Assembly (NCBI GenBank): GCA_963668645.2
Contig: CAXXWC010000019.1
Span: forward strand, 608,001 to 672,000
Length of the DNA stretch: 64,000 nucleotides
Direction of reading: 5' to 3'
Origin: Desulfobacterales bacterium
Lineage (GTDB): Bacteria > Desulfobacterota > Desulfobacteria > Desulfobacterales > UBA2174
Made by a program: the position numbers and the translations under genes
Shown here: positions 1 to 9,114 of the stretch, piece by piece
How the letters are laid out: each line of letters begins with the position of its first letter
How positions within the stretch are numbered: position 1 is the stretch's first letter
The notes under the pieces: model-generated
Seen by the model: only the letters and a program-made list of their open reading frames with translations
What the model was told of the DNA's origin: nothing
The model's database searches: none

Positions 1-2
1 AT

Positions 3-2756
3 TTGGAGTTTATTACTAACCAATGCAAAAACATAGAAACAATTTTTGTCTGTAATGACAAAAACCAATTATTCTATCTACACGATAAGTTTCCATCAAT
101 TTATTTTATAATTGGTGAAAATTTCACCCAAAAAATATTTTTCGCTATAGAACAATGTATAAAGAAAAGAAACATTGGAATTGAACGGGATGTTTTGGAC
201 AAAATAAACCTTTTATCTATAGATATTAATTCAGCATCTGAATTGGATTATATACTTTATCAATCCTGCAAACACGCTGTAGATATTTTTTCCGTCGATC
301 ATTCAGGGTTGGTACTAAAAAACGATGATAATATTTCAGGAAAATTAATTGCAGAATACCCGGAAAAGTATAATACAGAAAACATTATTATTCCGATTAA
401 AGGCGTAAATGTTGAAGAAGAAATTTTTTTTAAAAATAAAATTATTAACATCAGTGACGTCGAGAGCAATAAAAATTTAGGCCCAATTAAAGATCTTTTC
501 AATAGTTATAATATCAAATCTATTTTGATAGTTCCGGTTGTTGTCTATGGGCAAACGATTGGTTCTTTCAGTTTAGACATGATGACCCGCAAAAGATCCT
601 TTAATAGTATTGATATTGAATTAGCTAGAAAATTAGCAAATCATATAGCCGTTGCAATTACGATTAGGAATAGGTTCAATAGATATGCAAATGAAATTAA
701 TTATAAAGATCCTTACAAAAAACATTTGTATAACAGTCAAATCGAAAGTCCAGAGAATAATTTAATCCCTCTAGTTCTCCGGACGGCAAAGGAATTTTTT
801 TCAGCTGAAGATGTCGTTATTTTACTTTTTAATAAAAGCGGATTACTAGAGGTTTTTATTTCTTTAATGAATAAATCGCTCAACAATAAAGTAATTACCA
901 ACTGTAACAATTTCAAACAAAAATCGCTATTAACTAAAAAACCAAAAAACTTCAAAAAAACAATTGACGAGAAAGAGTTGCTCCAAGCCTATAATGATAG
1001 GCTGATTTTCGATCTTTCTTATCAAAAAGAAACAAACGGCTATTTAATTATTTATTTTAAACGCAAATTGTCAGAACATGAATTGAAGTATGATAAGTCC
1101 GTTTTGAATAATATTTCAATTATCTTATCCGATTTATTAAAAATTTCTAACAAATTTGTTTGGCTAAAAGCGATATTTACAAATAGCCCTTATGCTATTA
1201 TTTGCATAGATATTGATGGATATATTACTGAAATAAATAGAGAAGCCATCAACCTGCTAGGATATGATGATAATGTGTCCTTAAAGAGCATGAACATTAT
1301 TGATATATATTGGGATGGGATTGAAGAGGCAAAAAAAATTAAAAAACAACTCCTTGAAAACCCAATTATCAAAAACATTGAAACTAATGTGAAAGATAGA
1401 TTCAACAATAGAGCACCTATACTTTTGACGGCTACAATACTTTATAATGAATTTGGCGAAAACATTGGTAGTATAGGAATAATGGAGGACCAACGTCTTA
1501 TATCTTTTAGAGGAAGAACAGAAAGAATTTTTAAGTCTATTCAGGAAGTTAATCAGAATTATTTTGATAAAGAACAATTATTTCTCTCAATTTTATTAGG
1601 TGCTATTGATATCTATAAAGCAGATGCCGGATCAATTTATAGACAAGATGGCTCAATCCTGAACCTTCTTCAATCATACCCTAGCAGCGATATCTTACAA
1701 AAAGAAGTTATGTTTAATGATCAAAAAAATATTTTTTTTGATTCAAAATCGAATTCCTTCACACTCTGGATTACAAATATGGAAAATTCTATTTATTCTC
1801 CAATTTTAAATGCTGAATCTAAATCAGCATGTTGTATGCCAATCGTTTGCGGGACAGAACTCACTTTTTTCTTATATTTGGAAAGTTATCATAATAATCA
1901 CTCTTTCTCATATACAGATATTCATGGTTTCCTTTCTCAATATTTTTCTATTGTATTAGAGAGATATTTTCTTAATAAAATACGCAAAAATACAAGAGAT
2001 AAAATGTTATCTGCATCCAATGCGGTTGCTGCAGCACAGATCGGGACAAGCCTAATTCACGAAATAAAAAATCCCTTGAATAATATCGCGTTGACCCTCG
2101 ATGATCTTTCAAATCATATCAATATCAATGAAGATATTAGATTTAAAAATAAGTATCTCGGAAAAATTAATATCGTGAAACAGCAAATTCTAAGGACTTA
2201 CAATCTTGCACTTAAATTGCAAAAGTTTGAGGACAATTTAAAGCCTCAAAAAGCTAATATATATATTAATAATGTGGTATTATCTGCTCTCGAAATAACC
2301 GAAAGTACTTTTCATTCAAAAAAAATTAAAGCAAAAATTAGCTTGGATAACTCCTTAAATCCGCCAAAAACAAAACATGAAAATATTCGTTCAAAAGGAA
2401 ATCCAATTTGTGTGGATGAGTACCAAATCGAACAATCACTTATCAACATGTTTTTAAATGCAATTCACGCTTCACACGAAAGAAGTGCCGTACAAATTCG
2501 TACCCATAACCTGAAGAACAGGATTTTAATTTCTATTCAGGATTTTGGAGAAGGAATAATAGAAAGGAACTTAAAGAAAGTATTTGAACCATTTTTCACA
2601 ACTAAAAGTGATGGTGTCGGCCTTGGTCTGTTTATTTGCCATCTATTGCTCGTTGAAAATCACCACTGTACAATTGATATTGAAACTAAAAAAAACAAAG
2701 GGACTACATTTAATATCTATATTCCCTTCGACCAAAAAAACCAAATAGGAGATTAA
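3..2756 (+). CDS. Multi-GAF/PAS sensor histidine kinase (probably 5'-truncated by the window edge)
   Basis: GAF motif (SILIVPVVVYGQTIGSFSL), PAS (SPYAIICIDIDGYITEINREA), H-box LIHEIKNPLNNI, N/G1/F/G2 boxes (NMFLNAIHA, DFGEGI, FEPFFTTK, GVGLGL); no obvious TM helix. Confidence 0.92.
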   Translation: MEFITNQCKNIETIFVCNDKNQLFYLHDKFPSIYFIIGENFTQKIFFAIEQCIKKRNIGIERDVLDKINLLSIDINSASELDYILYQSCKHAVDIFSVDHSGLVLKNDDNISGKLIAEYPEKYNTENIIIPIKGVNVEEEIFFKNKIINISDVESNKNLGPIKDLFNSYNIKSILIVPVVVYGQTIGSFSLDMMTRKRSFNSIDIELARKLANHIAVAITIRNRFNRYANEINYKDPYKKHLYNSQIESPENNLIPLVLRTAKEFFSAEDVVILLFNKSGLLEVFISLMNKSLNNKVITNCNNFKQKSLLTKKPKNFKKTIDEKELLQAYNDRLIFDLSYQKETNGYLIIYFKRKLSEHELKYDKSVLNNISIILSDLLKISNKFVWLKAIFTNSPYAIICIDIDGYITEINREAINLLGYDDNVSLKSMNIIDIYWDGIEEAKKIKKQLLENPIIKNIETNVKDRFNNRAPILLTATILYNEFGENIGSIGIMEDQRLISFRGRTERIFKSIQEVNQNYFDKEQLFLSILLGAIDIYKADAGSIYRQDGSILNLLQSYPSSDILQKEVMFNDQKNIFFDSKSNSFTLWITNMENSIYSPILNAESKSACCMPIVCGTELTFFLYLESYHNNHSFSYTDIHGFLSQYFSIVLERYFLNKIRKNTRDKMLSASNAVAAAQIGTSLIHEIKNPLNNIALTLDDLSNHININEDIRFKNKYLGKINIVKQQILRTYNLALKLQKFEDNLKPQKANIYINNVVLSALEITESTFHSKKIKAKISLDNSLNPPKTKHENIRSKGNPICVDEYQIEQSLINMFLNAIHASHERSAVQIRTHNLKNRILISIQDFGEGIIERNLKKVFEPFFTTKSDGVGLGLFICHLLLVENHHCTIDIETKKNKGTTFNIYIPFDQKNQIGD

Positions 2757-2759
2757 AAT

Positions 2760-3611
2760 ATGATTGATTTTTCTCAAACTGTAGGCAAACAATATTTTAA
2801 TACAGCTAAATCATCATTTTCAGCGCTTATTGTTGAAGATGAGGCTCAATCACTTAATCTTCTTTCAAATTTATTAAAAATAAATGGATACAAATCGATT
2901 GGTGCAAAGAAAAGTTCTACTGCAATTAAAAGAGTAATAAAATATCCTTCTGCTATAGGGACAGTATTAATCGACGTCATTCTTAAAAATGATAAAATGG
3001 ATGGTATTGATACTGCGAATGAAATTTTTCTTATCAACCCTGAGCTTCCAATTCATTTCGTTACTGCATATGCTAACAGCCCAAAAGTCCATGAAAAAGC
3101 AAAGAGTTTGAATTTGCCGAACATAGACTGGATTGACAAGCCCTTGATTGATCATAACAAAGAAAAGCTTTTCAATCATCTGAATACAGATTATAGCATT
3201 TTAGCTCTTATTGAAAAAACAAAGCACTTCTTTAATAAAACAGAAGAATTAGAAATACAGGTTCCAAATTTTATAGAAAGCCATAATTTGCATAAAAAGG
3301 TTTATTACCCACACTTTAGAGAATTTGTTCTTCGCTATAGGGCTATAATTGGCGTTAACGAAACAAGCGAAATTTTCACACAACAACTAAATTTTGCCTT
3401 TTTTGATCATCACAAGAGCCAATTTGACGATACTTTAGAGAATAAATATGTCGCAATTATAGACGGGAAACTGATTGATTTTTTCGATCAAGAAATACAT
3501 GCTGTCAACTATTCTATTCACCATTATAATAGAACTGATATACTTATTGAGAAGTTAGGCGAAAAGACTTCTGAACCGCTTAAGCTTCGGAGACCAATAT
3601 TTCATCAATAA
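2760..3611 (+). CDS. Response regulator: receiver domain fused to a C-terminal DUF5678-like domain
   Basis: REC motifs LIVEDE, VLIDVIL (phosphoacceptor Asp), FVTAY, WIDKP; the C-terminus NKYVAIIDGKLID...ILIEKLGE resembles DUF5678. Confidence 0.8.
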   Translation: MIDFSQTVGKQYFNTAKSSFSALIVEDEAQSLNLLSNLLKINGYKSIGAKKSSTAIKRVIKYPSAIGTVLIDVILKNDKMDGIDTANEIFLINPELPIHFVTAYANSPKVHEKAKSLNLPNIDWIDKPLIDHNKEKLFNHLNTDYSILALIEKTKHFFNKTEELEIQVPNFIESHNLHKKVYYPHFREFVLRYRAIIGVNETSEIFTQQLNFAFFDHHKSQFDDTLENKYVAIIDGKLIDFFDQEIHAVNYSIHHYNRTDILIEKLGEKTSEPLKLRRPIFHQ

Positions 3612-3644
3612 TGATTGAATATGAAATATGACAGGAGGTTGAAT

Positions 3645-4055
3645 ATGAAATACGACAGCTTTTTCATCCCTGCTGCTCCAATTGGGAAAGTGCAAATTTT
3701 TAGTCCATTCTCTGTAACTTTTGAAAAAAGTGATGCATCAACAGTCACTGTAAATATGCTATTAGATACTGGCTCAGATGTTTCTTTTATCCCTAAAAAG
3801 GCTGTATCTATTTTAGAACAAAGAATTGGTACTCGACTACCTTATGGAAGCAAAACTATTGAAGATTTTCGAGGAAGGATCTCTCGGCATCCGAAGATAT
3901 CGTTTTTTTTAAAATTTTCTGACTTTCTCACAGAAGAATTTGAATTTGTAGTCCTGAATCAAAAATATGGCATTATTGGTAGAGATATTTTAAATCAACT
4001 AACCATTACCTTTAACGGCCCCGAATTGAATTATGCTATACTAAGGAGTAACTAA
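3645..4055 (+). CDS. Retropepsin-like (clan AA) aspartyl protease
   Basis: Catalytic LLDTGSDVSFIP and C-terminal IIGRDIL motifs; AGGAGG RBS before ATG 3645. Confidence 0.88.
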   Translation: MKYDSFFIPAAPIGKVQIFSPFSVTFEKSDASTVTVNMLLDTGSDVSFIPKKAVSILEQRIGTRLPYGSKTIEDFRGRISRHPKISFFLKFSDFLTEEFEFVVLNQKYGIIGRDILNQLTITFNGPELNYAILRSN

Positions 4056-4058
4056 GCC

Positions 4059-4388
4059 ATGGCAAAATTTTTTGTATTACATTTGTTAAACTATTTATTC
4101 ATTACAGATCTTTTTAGTTATCAATACCCCAGATCTCGCCATGTTAAATCTTATAACAAAAATTTGAAGAATATACAAATTATGAGGTTTATACTTTTAG
4201 GAGCGTCATTATTTTTAATAATTGTTGGAATTATAGACTTAGCATCCATTCTGATACTTAGCTTTTACGGGAAACCTATCCCCTCTATATTGCCACAAAC
4301 ACTTACGCTAGTTCTGGGCTATATGTCAGGTATATTAGTATCATTTATCAGAAAATATTATGATATTGATAATGATATAGAAATATAG
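4059..4388 (+). CDS. Small hypothetical membrane protein (about 2 TM helices)
   Basis: Two hydrophobic segments; starts 3 bp after the protease stop; the true start could be internal (MRFILL). Confidence 0.55.
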   Translation: MAKFFVLHLLNYLFITDLFSYQYPRSRHVKSYNKNLKNIQIMRFILLGASLFLIIVGIIDLASILILSFYGKPIPSILPQTLTLVLGYMSGILVSFIRKYYDIDNDIEI

Positions 4389-5270
4389 ACGATGTCACCA
4401 TATGATTGACATCATGCTGCGTAGGTAGGGACGCGGTAGCGTAGGGGCATTCTATGTTTTTTATGTCAACAATTTCTTAAATCAGAAATTTTCGGTTAGT
4501 TATGAGACTTAGGATATTCCTTGCATACTCCACCCGGTGTCTGTCAAGGGGTAGATGTCGCCTTTTTTGGAAAAAGCATTTTCAAACTCTACAGTCTAAA
4601 GTTTTTCCGCCATCAGGCGGCCAGTGACATCAGGTTCTGCTGACAGCCACGGCTCTTTGACATAATTACCCGGTAAATCGCGTCAGTGCTGAAAGCGTGA
4701 AAATTGTGGTAGTATTCTTGCTGGACCACTGACCGGACGACCTCCTCGGATGGAATACGGGAACTGACGGTCCGAAGCCACCCCATGTACCGGCGCCAGA
4801 TTGTTTCGTGAAAATTGAGCGCCAGTATTTGTAAAATCCCGCATGCGATGCAGCCGAAGTTGACAAAAGCCTCGATGGCATCGGTCGCCTCAGCGATCAA
4901 CCGTTGTCCCCGGCGGTCATCAACCGTCGATAGATCAGTATTGGTCGCCTTGGCAATGCGCGGCCAGGCGCTGGTCCAGAACCGATAGAAAAAGGCGCCA
5001 ATCAGGTGCTTGAGCACTTTGAAGCTCACTTCGATCTTGAACCGGTAGCTGTAGGCCAGGATCATATCTTTGGGATCAAGCGCCAAGTCTGAGCCCATCA
5101 GGATGAACCGCTCGTCATCGTCGGCGACCAGTACAAAACGCACCTTCTGGCCGACCGGCTTCCAGATCAGATCCAGGCACAAAAAAGCGATGCTTTTTAC
5201 ACCTGCCCGTACAGTTCAATGGAGGTCTGTTGGAAGTCCTGGCGACGAGTGTCGAACAGTTTTATTAGCG

Positions 5271-6942
5271 AGTGTCCATCCGCGGCCGTAACTATCCGGC
5301 CGGCATAAAAAAGCGCATTTTGTGCTGGAGTTTCGAGGCTGAGTGTAGTATAAACGATGTCGCCAAACAACCGTAAATACTAACAAAGCCGAGAAAAGGA
5401 CCAACACAAAATGCGCGAAAAATGGCAACGCCAAATGCCCCTGATGCCCGAGATCGCCAGCCACATCCAAGCCCAAGAGCTCGAAGCCATCTCCAGCATC
5501 CTGGACAGCAAACCTATCATCACCGAGTTCGTGCTGCAAGATCTTTGCAAGCGGCGCCGTGTTGTCAGCCGTGCCGGGGCAAAAGGCATGAGCGCCGAGC
5601 AGGTGCTGCGAGCGGCCGTGGTGATGAGGCTCCACGAGTTGACCTACCAGGACCTGGCTTTTCATCTGGTCGACAGCCAGAGTATCCGGCGTTTTTGCCG
5701 TATCGGCATTGCCGACAAGGGGTTCAAAAAGTCGGTGCTCAACAAAAACATCAAGGCCCTGTCGGATCAGACCTGGGAGGCGATCAACCTTGAAGTGCTC
5801 GGTTATGCCAAACAAAACAAGATCGAAAAAGGCCGTGTGGCACGTATCGATTGTACGGTTGTCGAAAGCAATATCCACGCGCCCAGTGATTCGAGCCTGC
5901 TGTATGATTGTGTCCGGGTGCTGAGCCGGTTGCAGCAAAGGGTCCGGGATCTTGGCCTGGGCCGATTTGGATACCACGATCACCGCCGGGTGGCCAAACG
6001 GCGCATGGTCAAAATTCAGTACGCCCGCAGCAAAAATGAACGTCGTGGGGCCTATGTCGATCTTCTCAAGTACACGGCAAAGTCGTTGGCTTCGGCCCGG
6101 CGCGCTATCGAACGGCTCAAGACGGTCGGTGCTGACAACCTGACCGCGCTGGGCCTGTTTTTTGAATTGGAACGCTACGTTGCACTGACCGAAAAGGTCA
6201 TCGCGCAGACCCAGCGCCGCGTCATCAAAGGAGAGAAGGTTCCGGCCTCGGAAAAGCTCGTGTCGATTTTCGAGGAGCATACCGACATCATCGTCAAGGA
6301 CCGGCGCGACACATTTTTCGGTCACAAGATATGTCTGACCGGAGGCCGTTCGAACCTGATTCTCGATTGTCAGATCGTGGAAGGCAACCCGGCCGATGTG
6401 ACCTTGACCCAGACGATGCTCGATCGGCAAGAAAAGATTTACGGGCGCTGCCCGCTCAAAGTTGCACTGGACGGAGGGTTTGCTTCCAAGGCGAATTTGA
6501 AGGCCGCCAAGGACAAGGGAATCAAAGACGTCTGTTTTGCCAAAAAGCGCGGCCTGGACCCGGAGAAGATGTGCCGCAGCCCGTATGTGTACAGGCGCCT
6601 TCGTCGCTTCCGGGCCGGCATCGAGGCGGGCATATCCTGGCTCAAGCGCAGCCTGGGGCTGGATCGGTGCACTTGGAAAGGATGGCGATCGTTCCAGAGT
6701 TATGTTTGGGCGTCGATCGTTTCGGCCAACCTGCTTACGATTGCCCGCAAACAGTTGGCCTGACGGTACGGCACCCGTTCGACACGTAAAGCCAACAGGT
6801 GAGGTGTTCCCGGATTTTAGGGTGAATAGTAACATTTACTGTTAAGGGCTTGTTTTTTGCTAAATTCTTTCGAGATTATTCGCCTGCCGCCTCTTTGCAG
6901 GGTCCTCGGGCGGCTGATTTTGGCGATTTATGGACGGAAACT
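5271..6942 (+). mobile_element. Apparently intact IS (IS5-like/ISNCY) with imperfect terminal IRs and a 4-bp AGCG target duplication
   Basis: Left end AGTGTCCATCC versus reverse complement of right end AGTTTCCGTCC; AGCG at 5267-5270 and 6943-6946. Confidence 0.85.
5411..6763 (+). CDS. DDE transposase (IS5-like/ISNCY), 450 aa
   Basis: RIDCTVVESNI, ALDGGF and RAGIEAGISWLKR DDE motifs. Confidence 0.92.
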   Translation: MREKWQRQMPLMPEIASHIQAQELEAISSILDSKPIITEFVLQDLCKRRRVVSRAGAKGMSAEQVLRAAVVMRLHELTYQDLAFHLVDSQSIRRFCRIGIADKGFKKSVLNKNIKALSDQTWEAINLEVLGYAKQNKIEKGRVARIDCTVVESNIHAPSDSSLLYDCVRVLSRLQQRVRDLGLGRFGYHDHRRVAKRRMVKIQYARSKNERRGAYVDLLKYTAKSLASARRAIERLKTVGADNLTALGLFFELERYVALTEKVIAQTQRRVIKGEKVPASEKLVSIFEEHTDIIVKDRRDTFFGHKICLTGGRSNLILDCQIVEGNPADVTLTQTMLDRQEKIYGRCPLKVALDGGFASKANLKAAKDKGIKDVCFAKKRGLDPEKMCRSPYVYRRLRRFRAGIEAGISWLKRSLGLDRCTWKGWRSFQSYVWASIVSANLLTIARKQLA

Positions 6943-7218
6943 AGCGAAAGCTTTTCGCCGTATACCCGTGGCCGGCCGGGACGACCAGTTTTCGGCGGTG
7001 CATCGATGTAGGCTACCACATTGCTTTTGGCCCGCGTCACTACATGGACAAGATCGTGGCCGGCGCCATCGCGCACCTTTTTGAGGATCTCAAACACCGG
7101 TCCGACGGCAAAATAGGCGTCGAGCACTAAAAGACACCGTTTGCCCAGTGGAGATTGGGGACGTTGTTGATTAATTGAACTAAATGAAATATCATCCGTT
7201 CCGGATTTGCCCACAAAA

Positions 7219-7380
7219 CCCAGAGGCGCACGGCTGGACGCCCCGGAAACATATCACCATGTGATGCTGCGGGGCATGGAGCACGGAGATATCTTTTACG
7301 ACGATGAGGATTGCGGAAATTTCCTGGCCCTCATTGGCGATCAGACTCGAGCCACGTGAACCTTGTTTATGCCTGGAATA
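7219..7380 (+). pseudogene. N-terminal stub of a REP-associated tyrosine (Y1/RAYT-like) transposase
   Basis: Translates PRGARLDAPETYHHVMLRGMEHGDIFYDDEDCGNFL, then frameshifts to LVYAW. Confidence 0.75.
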
Positions 7381-7395
7381 GAGTCACCGCATCCA

Positions 7396-7950
7396 TCAAT
7401 CATCGCCGTATGCTGCGGATGTTTCGATATTGGCATAGTGTTCGAACCTGGATTGAATCTCTCTGCTTGCCAATTTCCTTTCTCGGGCACTTGTACTACG
7501 AAGTGAATCGACCAATACCAGTAATTCGTAAAGCCTGCTATCCTCGCGAGCCGCCCGTGGGACTGAGCGGTAAAGAGGAGAAAACGCGTATCCACGGACT
7601 TCGCCCTCGGGATCCGGCCAAACCGGCGGCGGCTCATTAGAAGGCGCAAAGTGACTGTCCATCGGAGCTGCTGCATAACCTGTCGGCATTCCGCGGGTTA
7701 ATTCGCCGCGGTCGGCAACGAACACGTAGCGGATTCCATGCACCAGGAATTCTTCGAGGTTGCGGCTGTGAGGCCGAGCTTGGCCGTTCCGCAAGACGGC
7801 TAACTGGGCAGAAAGGGCCCGGCCGACTCCGGCATGCACTTCCGCAGCACTCATGCCCAACGAAAGCGCAAGTCTGCCGTAGCTCCACGATTCGTTCTCG
7901 ATACCTACTAGTTTGAGCAACACTAGAATGTCTTGAGGTTTGAGCACCAT
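7396..7950 (-). CDS. AbiEi-like/HTH putative antitoxin; downstream partner apparently lost
   Basis: MVLKPQDILVLLKL N-terminus, HTH SYGRLALSLGMSAAEVH, FLVHGIRYVF, LYELLVLVD; from recall, this family usually precedes a nucleotidyltransferase. Confidence 0.6.
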   Translation of the reverse strand: MVLKPQDILVLLKLVGIENESWSYGRLALSLGMSAAEVHAGVGRALSAQLAVLRNGQARPHSRNLEEFLVHGIRYVFVADRGELTRGMPTGYAAAPMDSHFAPSNEPPPVWPDPEGEVRGYAFSPLYRSVPRAAREDSRLYELLVLVDSLRSTSARERKLASREIQSRFEHYANIETSAAYGDD

Positions 7951-7971
7951 ATTACCTCACCGGGTTATTCT

Positions 7972-7992
7972 TTATTCGCGAATTACGAATAA
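7972..7992. promoter_or_regulatory. Inverted repeat upstream of the putative antitoxin (candidate autoregulatory operator)
   Basis: TTATTCG-N7-CGAATAA. Confidence 0.4.
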
Positions 7993-8128
7993 CATGATTC
8001 AATCAATGGATCAAGCCCGAATTTCGGTGAAGGCGAACGTTGGATGGGACATGGTTGATTAATTAAACTTTAGATGCTATCCCGTTGTATTAGTGTTTAT
8101 CCAAGCCCACCGAGCGGGGAGGTGTTCC

Positions 8129-8218
8129 ATGCCCAGAGGAGCGCGACTGGATGCCCTGGGGACCTTGCATCATGTGATGCTGCGAGGCAGAGAAAAATCA
8201 ATCGTCTTGAACCGCTGA
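8129..8218 (+). pseudogene. Second N-terminal RAYT/Y1 transposase stub
   Basis: GGAGG RBS, then MPRGARLDALGTLHHVMLRG followed by an early stop. Confidence 0.75.
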
Positions 8219-8257
8219 TTCGTGAAGCAAAGCTTCAATTTTCATCAATCACAGATA

Positions 8258-8521
8258 TCAAAGCCTTTCGTAGATGTCTTTCCGATGTCCGATTTTAACG
8301 ACAAGGATGACGAGCCGAACTCCACGAATTTCATAAATGATCCTGTAATCTCCAGCACGAATCCGATGAAAATCGTTGTCGCCTTTCATTTTGGTGGTCG
8401 CCGGATCAGGTAGATTTTCGGCAAGCGCCTCCAATTTGCTTTTAATCCGCATCAAGTCACGCTTAGGCAAGCGTTTCAGGCTCTTTAAAACGGTTGGCCT
8501 GAACTCGAGCGAATATTTCAT
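8258..8521 (-). CDS. relE: Type II TA toxin, RelE/ParE family
   Basis: 87 aa, basic; FHRIRAGDYRIIYEI and VVKIGHRKDIY. Confidence 0.92.
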   Translation of the reverse strand: MKYSLEFRPTVLKSLKRLPKRDLMRIKSKLEALAENLPDPATTKMKGDNDFHRIRAGDYRIIYEIRGVRLVILVVKIGHRKDIYERL

Positions 8522-8524
8522 GGG

Positions 8525-8776
8525 TTAGAGCCCCAGTTCTTTCCAGAGTGTTTCAGCCGATAGATTTGCCCCAGGCTCTTCAAGCGCTTTCCGTGCATCT
8601 TCGATATCGATACGGTCTTCAATCAGTTGAAGCAATTCGAGTTCTTCCATGGAAATAAGCGCTGCGAGTTTCTCGCCTCGGCGGGTCAAAACAATGGGCT
8701 CTTTCCCATACGCAACCATATTTACGATTTCAGCAAATTTTTTTCTGGCCTCGGCCGTGGAAACCATATTCGGCAT
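8525..8776 (-). CDS. Type II TA antitoxin, Phd/YefM family
   Basis: STAEARKKFAEIVN...PIVLTRRGEKLAALIS; directly upstream of relE. Confidence 0.92.
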   Translation of the reverse strand: MPNMVSTAEARKKFAEIVNMVAYGKEPIVLTRRGEKLAALISMEELELLQLIEDRIDIEDARKALEEPGANLSAETLWKELGL

Positions 8777-8790
8777 GGTGGAACCTCCTT

Positions 8791-8823
8791 TGTGTACACT
8801 GCGTACATAAAGTACAAGTACAT
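8791..8823. promoter_or_regulatory. Candidate TA operator with repeated GTACA/TGTACA cores
   Basis: Four GTACA copies just upstream of the antitoxin RBS; TGTACA is the known YefM operator core. Confidence 0.5.
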
Positions 8824-8869
8824 CTGCGTTTTGTCAAGGAACGACGAAACCTGGGACGTAGGGTACGTG

Positions 8870-8967
8870 GGACGTCGGGTCGGACCAAGAAATATTCTAT
8901 TATTACAAAGTGATAATCTACAAAAAAGCACCAAAAAGGCCCTTAGAAACCTCTTTTTGACCTTGAA
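8870..8967 (+). repeat. Dispersed repeat of about 100 bp, copy 1
   Basis: GTCGGACCA..ATTATTACAAA..AAAAAGCACC..TCTTTTT.ACCTTGAA shared with 17687-17782. Confidence 0.75.
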
Positions 8968-9114
8968 TTGGACAGCCTTATCGTTATCTCCGGGGAAATT
9001 CCGAAAATGAAAATGCGCGCCCGGTCATTTTGCTTGCACTCCGTACAGATATAATGTATTTTTACGTTTCTTGAACATTTAATATTTTTGAACAATATAC
9101 CCGAGTGAGCGCCA

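Larger units (their letters stand above)
4587..7150 (-). pseudogene. IS4/IS701-like DDE transposase, 5'-truncated, frameshifted and interrupted by a second IS
   Basis: Fragments LVLDAYFAVGP...GRPRVYGEKLSL (about 7150-6943) and LCLDLIWKP...YSYRFKIEVSFK (5182-4613); removing 5271-6946 rejoins them (EKLSL-IKLFD); extra frameshift near 5200; possible terminus CTCTACAGTCTAAAG at 4587. Confidence 0.8.

Noticed and set aside
4420..4450. GTAGG-containing short repeats resembling REP ends
   Set aside because: Too short, and no accompanying palindrome to support a REP call.
5216..6835. 539-aa minus-strand ORF
   Set aside because: Antisense shadow of the transposase, with no recognisable motifs.
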